Shown piece after piece: positions 45,977 through 58,059 of a stretch of DNA of 64,000 nt. Position 1 is the first letter of the stretch. Every line of letters begins with the position of its first letter. Position numbers and translations under genes: made by a program. The stretch comes from Zancudomyces culisetae HAW-14-8 (lineage: Eukaryota; Fungi; Kickxellomycota), in assembly GCA_052426225.1 (NCBI GenBank), contig JBNJNM010000015.1, positions 682,001 to 746,000 on the forward strand, given 5' to 3'. A model generated the notes under the pieces. That model was given only the letters and a program-made list of their open reading frames with translations. It was not told the DNA's origin and searched no databases.

Positions 45977-48532
45977 ATGTACAATACAAGAGTAGAAAGT
46001 ATGGATAGAGTGGATAAAGTAGATATGATAAATAGGATGAACGCAATAAATACAATGGATAGAGTGGATAGGATTGATAGAGTTGATAGAATGGATAGAA
46101 TGGATAGGCTTGAAAGGCTTGATAGGATGGAGGGAATAGATAGGATGAATAGGATTGATAGGATTGATAGGCTGAACAGAATGGAGAGAGTTAATATGAT
46201 AGAGGGAGGAGAGAGGAGAGAGGAGAGATTCAGCAATGGAGTGGATAACCTACCACCAATGCATAGGGTTGCAGATAAAGCGAAACAAGAGTTGGGTAGA
46301 TTAGAAGGGAATAGGTGGATGGAACGATCGCCCGCAAAAGATCTGAGAGGAGGAGCAGGGATAGGAGCAGGGATAGGAGCAGGAGGAGGAGGAGGGGAAG
46401 AAGGCAGAAGAGATGAGGAATCAGAGAAGAGAGCAGTTAGACTTCCATCAATAAACTTTTTGACAAACATGGTACAAGATGAAGAAGAGGACAAAAGCAA
46501 AACATATTATGACAAGTATCAAGAGCAACGGCGGCAACCAGGTTTTGGAAAAGAATATTATTATGAAGATCAAAGGCGAGGATATGAAATAAGAGCAGAA
46601 AGAGAAACCCCTAGATACAATGGATTGGAAGGAATGAGACTGGAAAACAGATATGGAATGAACAGAGAAGATAGACAAGTGGGATACAGAGAACCAGCAA
46701 AGATGGGAGGCAGTTGGTTATACAATAAAGGGGAAGAGTTTGGTTCAAGAGATGGAGTAAGAGGATTGAATACAATGACATCGACGGGTACGACTACAGG
46801 TACAGCTACAGGAAAGACAACAGGAGGAATAGCTACAACTGCGACAACAGCAGCAAGAACAACAGGTTCAGTAACATCAACAAATACAACGACAGCAGGA
46901 ATAGCGGCATTGGCAGTGAGAAGAAATATAGGTGTAGAAAACGGTAATAAGAGTGAAGAAGAAGGAATAAAAAAGGGAGAGCGACGCAAACGCAGCGCAG
47001 ATGCACTTGACCAGGCACGGATGGCAAGCCGAGGAGCAAAAGGAAAAAAGGGATCAGTCGGACCAACTTTTTGTGTAAACTGCAAAACCACAAGCACGCC
47101 GTTGTGGAGAAGAGACGGGCAAGGTAAGCAGGTGTGTAATGCATGTGGATTATATCTCAAATCGTACGGACGTATGCGCCCAGTCCAGCCAGCTAGTCTG
47201 GAAGCCAATCTCTCAATTTTAAACAAAGCAATCAATTCGCATATGGGCGATGTCCAGCTTTCCGACCGGCCAATTGCATCTATTGTCCCGCTAATCAACC
47301 GGTTGCCTGTAATGCAAAAAGATTCTGCACTTGATTCAGCATCTAAACCTTCAATCAAGCTAATGTCTCCACAGCGTCCCATCGACCATAACAGTAACAA
47401 TAACCATAATCACAACCATAATCACAACAATAACAATAACAATAACAATAATCACAACAGTAACCACAATCACAATCACAACTCGCCTCATTCTGCTAAA
47501 AAATCATGCAGTGATTCTGCAGATAAATGCCCTGGAAATGGCAGCTGTAACGGTAAAGGTGGCGAGCCAAGCTGCAACGGCTGCCCTACTTTTAACCAGA
47601 CTCAAATCCGTAACGGCACCAGCGTTGTTGACCGTCGCTCCCGTACCAAAAAGACCAAGCTTGATGAATTCTCTGTCGACGCCCTTAACGGAATCCAGCC
47701 TGTCTGCCACAACTGCAGCGCCGTCTGTACGCCTCTGTGGCGCAGAGACGACAATGGCCGCCCTATCTGCAACGCCTGTGGTCTGTACTACAAGCTGCAC
47801 AAGCAGAACCGCCCTCCAAGCATGAAGAAAAACATCATCAAACGCAGAGCTCGTGGAATCTTCCCCGGCACAAGCACCTCTCCATCAAATCCTCCCTCTC
47901 TCATGCCTCACCCTTCCTTCTCGCCTCCTTCATCTTCTGCTGCCAACCCTTCTTCTCTTTCTGCCAAAATGTCTTCCAACATCCACGAAATCGAAGACTA
48001 CGGCTCTCTTGTTCGCCGTAACTCTGCTCTTTTTGACGACAACCATTCTTCCCAGTCTCCAATAAGCGTCACTCTTGATAATGACATTGCTGTTGACTAT
48101 GAATCCGAGGATGATCCCAAACCCTCTTCTCGCAGTGCTCTGGTTTCTCTAGACTCTCTCGCTCTTGCCGCTGAAATCCAAGTTGGTTCCAAACCCTCTT
48201 CTTCTGCTAACCACCCCCCTCGCAATACCTCTCCAACTCTTGCCCCCCTTAAAAAAAACTCTCCTATGCAGTTCAAATCTGCCACTCCTAATTCTCGCCC
48301 TGCAAACTTAAACTCTCCTTCTATTCTCAATTCTGATCCCTCCAACTCAAACTCTAATTCTGCAAACAAGAGCCGCTCCTTAAATGTCGACCTGACTGAA
48401 ATTGATCAGGTTGTCCGGATTCCTGAAGAAGCCCAGCGTTATCGAGAAGAGCTTTTGCTCAAAGTCGGAAAACTCCAAGATATGCTGACCAAATCCACAA
48501 TGATTCTGGACTATCTTGATAAAATTTCATAA
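45977..48532 (+). CDS. Iron-responsive GATA repressor, SreA/Fep1/Urbs1 family
   Basis: Two GATA fingers (CVNCKTTSTPLWRR..CNACGLY; CHNCSAVCTPLWRR..CNACGLY) separated by the Cys-rich motif CPGNGSCNGKGGEPSCNGCP, plus a C-terminal coiled coil. Confidence 0.93.
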   Translation: MYNTRVESMDRVDKVDMINRMNAINTMDRVDRIDRVDRMDRMDRLERLDRMEGIDRMNRIDRIDRLNRMERVNMIEGGERREERFSNGVDNLPPMHRVADKAKQELGRLEGNRWMERSPAKDLRGGAGIGAGIGAGGGGGEEGRRDEESEKRAVRLPSINFLTNMVQDEEEDKSKTYYDKYQEQRRQPGFGKEYYYEDQRRGYEIRAERETPRYNGLEGMRLENRYGMNREDRQVGYREPAKMGGSWLYNKGEEFGSRDGVRGLNTMTSTGTTTGTATGKTTGGIATTATTAARTTGSVTSTNTTTAGIAALAVRRNIGVENGNKSEEEGIKKGERRKRSADALDQARMASRGAKGKKGSVGPTFCVNCKTTSTPLWRRDGQGKQVCNACGLYLKSYGRMRPVQPASLEANLSILNKAINSHMGDVQLSDRPIASIVPLINRLPVMQKDSALDSASKPSIKLMSPQRPIDHNSNNNHNHNHNHNNNNNNNNNHNSNHNHNHNSPHSAKKSCSDSADKCPGNGSCNGKGGEPSCNGCPTFNQTQIRNGTSVVDRRSRTKKTKLDEFSVDALNGIQPVCHNCSAVCTPLWRRDDNGRPICNACGLYYKLHKQNRPPSMKKNIIKRRARGIFPGTSTSPSNPPSLMPHPSFSPPSSSAANPSSLSAKMSSNIHEIEDYGSLVRRNSALFDDNHSSQSPISVTLDNDIAVDYESEDDPKPSSRSALVSLDSLALAAEIQVGSKPSSSANHPPRNTSPTLAPLKKNSPMQFKSATPNSRPANLNSPSILNSDPSNSNSNSANKSRSLNVDLTEIDQVVRIPEEAQRYREELLLKVGKLQDMLTKSTMILDYLDKIS

Positions 48533-48774
48533 TTATTCTATTTATTTTTGTATTAATTAGCCACATTTTTGCTGTGCCCTTATTTATCTCTTTCAACACT
48601 ATAGATTCATTTTTTTTATTTTTTTTTCATTATTCATTTTCTAATAAGTCAATCAACATTATACCACCTAATTAATCCTGTATACATTTATTTATATATT
48701 TCATTGAGAAATAAACCATCTAAACTCAGATAAAAATACAGAACAAGATTTTCACATTTCCAAAAACTCAGAAA

Positions 48775-51700
48775 ATGGATCTTGTAGAAAAGCTTTTTCA
48801 AAATAAAGATATTGTTGACCTGGTTTCTACGCATAATGTAAGTTGCATACTACGTCCCATTTAGTCAATTTCTCTCTCCGCCTCAACTTTTGTTTTTTTT
48901 TGACTTTAAAAGAAAACGTAAATAACATTTATATATTATAATAATAATAATGTATTGTAGGTAAGTGGCGAAACTCAGGACCAAATTGCGAGCCAAATCA
49001 CACAAGAACTTCATAATTCCATCTTGGAGCCAACCCTCCATCCTTCGTCCAATTCCGATCAGCTACTAAAATCTCTACAACGAAACATCCCTGTAGGAAT
49101 CACATTAAATGAACTGTACAACACCAGTCAACCCCGCTTCAATGCCAATTTTACTCGGCTAGATTTTGCCAGAAATGTAACTACAAACAAAGTTGTTCAA
49201 GTCACTGGAACTCGGGTAAAAGACCGGCTCGGTATTGAGGGAGAACATGAAGGCATAGGCGGAAAGAAAGTAGAGGGTGGAGTCCAGGAAATGTATAGTG
49301 GCCAGGATGTCTACGCCAGAGGAAAACTGTTGGGAAAACCGTTTTTGCCAGGCAGTAGTGATAGTAGAACAGGAGAAGCTCATACACAAACGAAGCTTAA
49401 TATTGATTGGGAAGCTTTATGGGAGGATATTTCACAGGAAAGTAAGTATTTCAGCAAGATTCCGGGTCTTGTTGATTCAGCTACAGATTCCGAAAACAAA
49501 TTCAAGAGTAATAGTAAGAGCAAGAGCGAGGAGTTAAAAGAGCCTGCAAATTCTGGCTTGAAACGAATAGAGACAAAAAGCAAAATACAGGTGGATATTG
49601 AAAAGTACTCGGAAGTAAATACACGAGTGGAAACTCCATCACCAACAACCCAATTGCAGCCTGTTAATAACGAAAAAGACGCTACTAATCAAAGACTGGG
49701 TACCCGGCAGGAGGATTCAGTCGTTGATCAAATTATAGAAACAACCAAGGTAGACGAAAAACAGATTGAACAAAATGGTAAAGATAAAAATAACAAAAAG
49801 TGGGCGGTAATAGTTCCACCAGAAGAAAGCGGCAAAAACTACGACGATCTCTTGAATCCAGCAATAAAGTATCCGTTTGAGCTAGACGGATTTCAGAAAG
49901 AAGCTATATGTCGTTTAGAACATAGCGAAAACGTGTTTGTGGCAGCCCACACTTCAGCTGGCAAGACAGTAGTCGCTGAATACGCGATTGCACTATCAAT
50001 GGCGCACATGACCAAAACGATATATACTTCACCTATAAAAGCACTGTCAAATCAAAAATTCCGTGAGTTTTGCGATAAGTTTGGAGCGGACAACGTTGGA
50101 ATCATTACGGGAGATGTGGTGGTACGACCAGAAGCAAGTGCGGTGATAATGACAACCGAGATTTTGCGGATGATGCTGTACAGAGGCGCAGATATGCTGA
50201 GGGATGTTGAATTTGTAGTGCTTGACGAGGTTCATTATGTTAATGATACAGACCGTGGTGTGGTGTGGGAAGAAGTGATTATCATGCTACCCAAACACGT
50301 TACTTTGGTTTTGCTTAGTGCAACTGTATCCAACACACTGGAGTTTAGTGAATGGGTTGGTCGGACCCGAAAGAGTGAAGTGTATGTAGTCAGCACACCA
50401 AAGCGACCGGTACCACTAGAACATTATTTGTATATCCCCACAATTACTACTACGACTGTTACAAATGGTAGCCGACAACGGTTAGCAGCTGAAGATTCAC
50501 TTGAAAAACATGGAATCTACAAAATTGTCAACGAACACGGCGAATTCAACACAGATACCTACAAAACTGCCGTACGAGACCAGTCGTTATCAGCAAAACA
50601 AGCTGAATCGGGCCAGCCAAAACAAAAACGGCCAGAACTTAAAACCAAATCCAAGGCAGGCAGCAACAGCAGTTTTGGTACCAATCGGATGGTCCAGAAA
50701 GCATCACAGGCTGCATTTGGCATGCTTTCACCTTCATTCTATTCATCGTTCACTCCATTGTATTCTCATTCGGCTAGTCACAACGTAGGTAGTAGCTATG
50801 CTGAGTTGACCCAGCTGGTCAATACACTGAAACTCAAGGGCTTGACTCCAGCCGTTATGTTTGTGTTTTCGCGTAAACGTTGCCAGGAATACGCAGAGGC
50901 GCTAACCAACACCTCGTTCCTGACCTCCAAACAAAGTGCGTATGTCCACCGCTTTATTGCCACCAGTTTGTCGTCGCTAAACAAGAGCGACCGCGAACTA
51001 CCGCAGATTATTAACATGACGTCGCTCCTCAAGCGCGGAATCGGTACTCACCACAGCGGCCTGTTGCCAATTCTCAAGGAAATTGTCGAGATCTTGTTTA
51101 GTCGCAACCTGATTGGTATTCTGTTTGCCACCGAAACATTCGCAATGGGTGTAAATATGCCCGCAAAGGCTGTAATCTTCAGCGGTTTGCAAAAGCACGA
51201 TGGTACCAGTTTCCGTGATTTGCTGAGTAGTGAATATACTCAAATGAGTGGTCGTGCTGGTCGCCGTGGGCTTGACCGCACAGGCACTGTCATTCTGGCT
51301 CCTGTTATTTCCAGAAAGAATTTGGCCAAGCCCGATTCAGCCTTTTTATACAATCTGATTTTGGGTAAGGCTGGCAAGTTGATTTCACAGTTCAAGCTTT
51401 CATATTCAATGATTCTAAACCTATTTCGTGCAAACAAAATCCGTGTTGAAGATATGATCAAAAAAAGCTTTTGTGAACATGACAGTGCCTCCCACCACCC
51501 ACAAATTCTCGAGTTGATTAAACAACATACCGCCCAACTTGCCTTGCTGGATTCTCCTGAAAACAAACTCGACTGCCAGTACTGTTCTGATTCCATCGAA
51601 AGCCTTTACAAACTCTGTCTAGACCTTGCTAATTCCCACTTTTACCTCTACTCCTTGCAGCCCCGTAGTCTGCTTGCCAAAGATAGATTTGTCGTTGTTT

Positions 51701-52992
51701 ATCTCCACAACTATGGAAACTGTCTTGCCACTGTTTCTCACCACCCTCCTTCTCTTTTCTCTCCCGAAAACCATAATTCCCGCATCAAGTTGTCTCTCTT
51801 TTTACCTGCCCATTACGCTATCCCCACTGATTTGCTTAACTCTGAGCTAGCTTCTGACTACTCCTTTGAATTTCCAACTTCTGATGTCTTGCCTCCAATC
51901 TTTAACTACAATCTTGATTCTCTTTGCCTCTCCTTCTCAAACATGCGTCCCCAATCTGCTCTAATTCCTCTTGCCTTAATCACTTGTATATGTGACCAAT
52001 TCTACGATGGAAACGATCCCTCTTTCCTCACCCAATCCGATCTTTCTATAAAGCGTTCCATGAACGTTACTCTAGAATACGCCCTCCTATTAAAAAGCAG
52101 AAACTCTACCCTTGACTCTCTCCTCTCTCTCACCAAATCCTCGCCCATCCTTTCCTGCCCCAACTTCAACTCCCACTTTGCTCTTGTCAACCATAAATCC
52201 GCCTTATTGTACCAACTTACCAATCTACAATTCTCTATTTCTTCTCTAAACCTTGCTCTAGTTCCCGAATACAACGTCAGAGTTCGTGTTCTTAAACACC
52301 TAAACTTTCTCACTCCCTCAAACACCCTTACTACAAAAGGTCTCAGCTGCTGCGTTATTTCTTCCACCTCCGACTCCCTCCTCCTCACCGAGTTCATGTT
52401 TGGTTTTGATGCCCTCTCGTCCTTTTCTCCCCAGGAAATTGTTGCCATTCTCAGTGGATTCGCTCTTCAACAATCCTCTAGTTCAACTTCTCTACCTTCC
52501 TCTCCCTATGAATGCTCCTTTGATTCCAACCTGGTTTCTGTCGGTTCATCTTCTGTCTCCAATATTAACTCGGCTCTTTCTTGTATTTTTGATCTTGCTG
52601 TTAAAATTCAACATGCCCAGTCACTCTACACTCTTTCCTCCTCCACATCATCTACCTCCTCTGTTTCGTCTGATCCAAACTCAAATACCAACCAGCAATC
52701 TCTACCTGTATGCTCCTACAACCCATTACTCATTCCTGCCACTTACCTGTGGGCTGATGCCCTGCCATTCAAGGACATTTGCCACTACTACTCCTCCATG
52801 ACATCTTCTCCTTCCTCTACTATTGTCGACGAAGGTCTAATTATCCGAACTGTCCTCAGAATTAATGACCTTCTTGAAAACCTCAACAACTTTATTCTTA
52901 TCACTGGCATGTCTCAATACGCCCCCATTCTTGCTCAGTGCAAACAATTAATTACTCGTGATATTGCCTTTGCTTCTTCACTATACTACTAA
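48775..52992 (+). CDS. SKI2: Ski2 DExH RNA helicase; exons 48775-48837, 48961-52992
   Basis: YPFELDGFQKEAI, AAHTSAGKTVVAEYA, DEVHY, LFATETFAMGVNMPA, QMSGRAGRRG, terminal RDIAFASSLY. Intron GTAAGT(48838)..TAG(48960) is phase 0. Confidence 0.94.
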
Positions 52993-53170
52993 TTTTCTTT
53001 ATTTATTCACTAAAAATGTATATTTACCCACCTTACCCCCACACCTTTCTCCTCTCTTTATCATTTATGAATATTTACCAATTTTTTTAAAAGCGAAAGA
53101 AAAGCGAAAAAAAAAAACTATTTCTACTACTACGATCTAGTTTTTTTTTGTTTTATTTTTGTTTTATTTA

Positions 53171-53941
53171 TTAGAGCTTGGATACGTATCCACCTGCAGT
53201 CATGTCATCAGACAACAACGAAATCACTGCCTCTCTGTGGTTTTCTGATTTGATCAGCCTAAACGCCTCTCCCCGATTTAGTGCCTTTTTTCCTAGCAAT
53301 CGCGCTTGCTTCAGTGCAACTGGAAGCACATCTTTTTCTGACACCGCTGCGTCAACAAGCCCTGCAGCAACCGCCTCGGCAGCTGTAAACCGATGGCCTT
53401 CAAGCAAGCACTTTCGAAGGTTACTTGCGTCATTTAATCTCAATCGAACTAGCGACACCATTGCTGGTTTTAGGGACATTGCGAGGTCAACCTCGTTCAT
53501 ACAGATAAATCCGCGATCTTGACGCATTATTCTGTAATCTTGTGCACATGCAAGCATACATCCGCCAGCAAATGCATGACCGTTGATTGCTGCAATGACT
53601 GGTATTCTGAATGTCAACAAACGTGCGTACAGGCCGTGTAGTTTTGGATAGAACACTTTTTGGTTGGCCTGGGCCTTTTCAATGTTCAACCCATTGGAGT
53701 AAAACTTTCCACTTGATGTAGTAACCACGCTTCCACCGACATTCTTGTGCTCTTCGGAGAGCGTAAGAATTGCGGATTCTACGATATCGAGTGCGCTGTT
53801 TATCGCATCTAGAAACTCAACATCAATTCGGTTCTCGGGCAGTGACACAAACTCCAATACAAAATGGGTTGGTGCTGACTTGTCTGGTATGTACAACTTG
53901 ACGAGTTTGTTTTGTTCGTTTGGAAAATACTTGGCTTCCAT
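53171..53941 (-). CDS. Peroxisomal enoyl-CoA delta isomerase (crotonase superfamily)
   Basis: KFYSNGL, IAAINGHAFAGG, GFICMNEVDL and a C-terminal PTS1 (SKL). Confidence 0.9.
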   Translation of the reverse strand: MEAKYFPNEQNKLVKLYIPDKSAPTHFVLEFVSLPENRIDVEFLDAINSALDIVESAILTLSEEHKNVGGSVVTTSSGKFYSNGLNIEKAQANQKVFYPKLHGLYARLLTFRIPVIAAINGHAFAGGCMLACAQDYRIMRQDRGFICMNEVDLAMSLKPAMVSLVRLRLNDASNLRKCLLEGHRFTAAEAVAAGLVDAAVSEKDVLPVALKQARLLGKKALNRGEAFRLIKSENHREAVISLLSDDMTAGGYVSKL

Positions 53942-55503
53942 TCTTTGACAATACACTTTACTACTTTATTTTAATTGTTTTGTTTTGTTATACTTGTAAA
54001 TCAAGCTGGTATATTATTAATATTTATTTTTTGATATTTGACTCTGGGTTTGCCCTGTTTATACCTTTTGAAAATCATGTTCTATAACTTGTTTTGGCAA
54101 AAAGAAAATTAAATAGAAACAAAAATATCACATTACTTTTTCAGATCAAACACGTTTGTTGGTTATTATTTATTGTTTGTTATTCGTCTTGGTCACTTCC
54201 CCCCTCCCGCCCCTTCATTTCTCCCACCTCCTCTGCTCTCATTCTCCTCCTCGCCTCCCCCTCCACCCCTCGTCCTCCTCCACTGAAGTTCAAAGAGCTT
54301 GTTCATTGCATTATTCATTTTTTCTGCCTTTAAACCCTTGCATATGATTTCCAGTGTTCCGTTTTTTTTTGTTTTACTCTACTCCTCCTTCCATTGTTCA
54401 CTTGCCCTTCTTCCGAGTGCCCCTTTTTTATATGGATACACGTATTTCTACTATTTTTATTTTTGTTTTTATCTTTATTTTTATTTTTTTTTTGTTCTCT
54501 TACACCTTGACCACCACCACCACCACTCGTCCTCCCAAGAAAAAAATCACAAGCTTATTTGGATGAACTGTGCTTCATCAATACAATTAACCCTAACCCA
54601 ATTCCCCTTCATTGCTCCTCTAATTTCAAACAAATCATTTCAAAAAATAAACTATGATTTGACAAGTAAAAGAAATTAACAACAATAAATTACAATGTGG
54701 AATGTCTGCAAAGTAGCAAATAATTCCGCTCTGAAACTTTGAATTACATAATTTGGGATACCATCCTCTCCCGCCCCCTCCCCTCCCCTTCACCAACTAT
54801 TATAAAAATAAATAAATAATTAATTAATTAAAAAAAGCGTAATATAACAAAAGCACACATTGCCTTGTTTATTTCAAATGCTAAACTTTCTCTGTAACTT
54901 TTACCCCTTTACCCGTTTGTTTTATTTAAATTACCAGCCTACAATAACGTCCCCGAAGTTGTTTGATTTGCCTTTTTGTAGATGCAAGACTATAAACATA
55001 CAAAAACTATCTGAATTTTATTACATGTATCATCTACAAATTCACAAATACATTCACCAACGCTTATCTCGGTCTTTGAAACACGATGTAAAACCGCATT
55101 TTGATCGCCCTTTTTCATTTTATTTTCCCATACCCCATATTCATAGCCATATACTGTTCATGTCCATACCATTTTCAATCTCGTCCTACACATCTGTTCA
55201 ATTCATAGATTTCCTTGATACAGTACCAATCTCAACCCTTTGTCCTCTCCTTCCCCTCTCTTCTCCTCACCCCCCCCCCTCGCCTTTTTTTTTTGCTGTA
55301 AACCCGTTTTTGTATGAATATCATTCAGTTATATAAATCAGAGGCTCTCTTTATTTGCTCATCTTTTTAAAATAATTTGTTTTCCAAAATATACACTTTA
55401 TTTGTCTATATATCTCAAAAACTGACTCACTGACCTTGTGATTATTGATCAAACCTTTTGAAGGCAAAAGAACAAGAACAAGAACAAAAACAAAAAACAG
55501 AAA

Positions 55504-55530
55504 AGACAAGACAAGACAAGACAAGACAAG
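55504..55530 (+). repeat. (GACAA)n microsatellite immediately upstream of the ADHFE1 start
   Basis: Five tandem units just before ATG 55536. Confidence 0.85.
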
Positions 55531-55535
55531 AAAAT

Positions 55536-57677
55536 ATGGCATATGTACCCAAATCAAGACTCTCAAGAGTAACACAACTGATGAAACTCACCCAGGGCGC
55601 TTGTACCTGTCCCGCACATATGGGTGGAAGGATTATCTCTAAACATCTTCCAACTTGCAAAAGCAACAAAATGGCAACCCAGGTTCCAATGGAATATGCC
55701 TTTGAAATGGCCAGCTCAAACATCAGATATGGTGAGAATGCTACAAGGTAAGCCCCCTTCTTATATTTTTCATGTTTTTCCTTCCTTTTTTCCTTTTTCC
55801 CTTTTCTCTTTTTTTTTACATATTTTTTACACGTATGCTTGTTGTCCTATACATATCAACATCTAATTATCAACTTAATCGACGTCATGTAGCGAGGTTG
55901 GAATGGATGCAGCAAACCTCAAGGCAAAGAGAGTCATGGTTCTAACAGATCCTAACGTAAGTCTTTCTATGTTAAACCTTTTGCTTTTATTGCCATTTTC
56001 CTTCTCAATACTTTTATTCTTACTTTTCTTGTATCAAAAAGTGCAAAAATATAAAATATAAACCATCATCTGTAAACTAGCAACTCATGCCTAAATAAAT
56101 ATAACCCGACTAGATTGCTAAATTACGACCCATGAAAACTGCCATCGAGTCACTCGAAGCAAACAAAGTCAACTACACCGTCTTTGACAAAGTGCGTGTC
56201 GAACCAAGCGATATTAGCTTCAAAGAAGCAATTGCATTTGCTCGCAAATACCAACCCGACTTGTACATTGCTGTTGGTGGTGGCTCAACGATTGATACAG
56301 CAAAAGCTGCAAATTTATACACCGAATACCCCGATGCCGATTTCTTAGATTTTGTGAATGCGCCAATCGGAAAGGGTTTACCCATTGAAAAAACATTGCG
56401 CCCACTAATTGCCATCCCAACTACCGCTGGAACTGGTAGCGAAACCACTGGAGCATCCATTTTTGATTTCAAGTCTATGAATGTAAAGACTGGAATTGCA
56501 AACAGGGCACTGAAGCCAGTTCTTGGTATTGTTGATCCAGTAAGATCAGATTTCACTCTATAAATATGATATATATTTACATGCATGTTTGAAGCTGTAA
56601 ACCTAATAGCCTTGCTTGTGCATTTATATAGCTAAATATCAGATCAGGACCACTTTCAGTTCAAATATCCGCTGGACTTGATGTTCTATTGTAAGCCCCA
56701 CAACATACACTCCACCTATGTAATTATTGTAGCTTATTCGTGCGCTCAGGTATATATACTCATGCATCTACGTACCTACACCCTTATAGCCACTCACTCG
56801 AGTCGTATACAGCAATTCCTTACAAATTGCGAGGACCAGCACCCGAGAATCCTCTTTTGAGACCAGCTTACCAAGGATCAAACCCTATTAGTGATGTTTG
56901 GTCCATCAAGGCTCTAAAGATGGTTGTTGATTCACTACCAAAAATCAAAAAAGATGTTAATGACTATAAAGCACAATCAGAAATGATTCTTGCAGCTACA
57001 TACGCAGGTATTGGATTTGGAAATGCTGGGGTTCACTTATGTCATGGGTAAGTTTGCACTTAATCCTGGTTTTCTCAATTACTATACATCCGCTAGTCGC
57101 CATGTATTGACATTTTCCATTCAATTTTTGTTTTGCCTATTTGCATACATAGAATGTCATACCCTATAAGTGGACTGGTAAAAAATTACAACCATCCTGA
57201 ATATCCAACCGACCATTCCCTAGTAGTAAGTATACTTGTTTTTTTATTTAACCCTTTCCACTACTGAGCAAAGACATAGTTCAGTCGACTTCTATTTGTC
57301 ATATTTAATCCCGCTTAATCTCTTCCTATTATTAGCCCCATGGTGTTTCTGTTGCTATTACCGCACCATCTGTTTTCTCATTTACCTCTGCAATGTACCC
57401 AGAAAGACACTTACAAATTGCACAAATATTTGGTGCTGACATTTCCAATGCAAAACTAGCTGACGCAGGTGCTATACTAGCTGACAGAATCCGCCAATTT
57501 TTGTACAACTTGGAACTTCCTGATGGAATATCTGCGTTTGGCTACACATACTCCGACATTGAAAAATTGGTGCAAGGAACCTTGCCCCAACATCGTGTTA
57601 CTAAATTGGCGCCTTTGGCTGCAGGCACTGAGGATTTGTCCAAAATCTTTGAAAATAGTCTCAAGCTATACAATTAA
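55536..57677 (+). CDS. ADHFE1: Hydroxyacid-oxoacid transhydrogenase (iron-ADH family); exons 55536-55747, 55893-55956, 56114-56539, 56632-56690, 56790-57047, 57153-57225, 57336-57677
   Basis: [80 protein letters not shown]. All six introns are GTAAG..AG and keep the frame. Confidence 0.95.
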
Positions 57678-58059
57678 GCCATTATATGAGTACTTTTATT
57701 ATTCTTTTTCAAAAAAAAAATATTATCAATAAAACGTAATTATTTTCAAACTATTTAGTGTGCGGTAGCCAGCAACTCTACACTGGTAAAAAAAAAGGGG
57801 GAGGTAACCATAGAAATAATTAGACAAAGAGAGGGGAGTTATGAATAGATGGGAGAGCATTTCAACTGATAAAAACTAGCTAGCAGCTTTGCTCGAAATA
57901 CAAACACATTGATGTAAAGCGGGGATAAAAAGGGGGAGGGGGGAAGGAAAGAGGGAAGAAGGAGGGAAAAAATTATAATGATTTGTGGCAAGCTAATAAT
58001 AATAAAAAGTTTTTGGTGCCAAGCATAGCTAGGCCCCACTGAAGGAAACTTTACATTTG

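Noticed and set aside
54094-55336. ORFs between the isomerase and ADHFE1 genes
   Set aside because: Low-complexity C/T-rich divergent promoter region, with non-ATG starts and no motifs.
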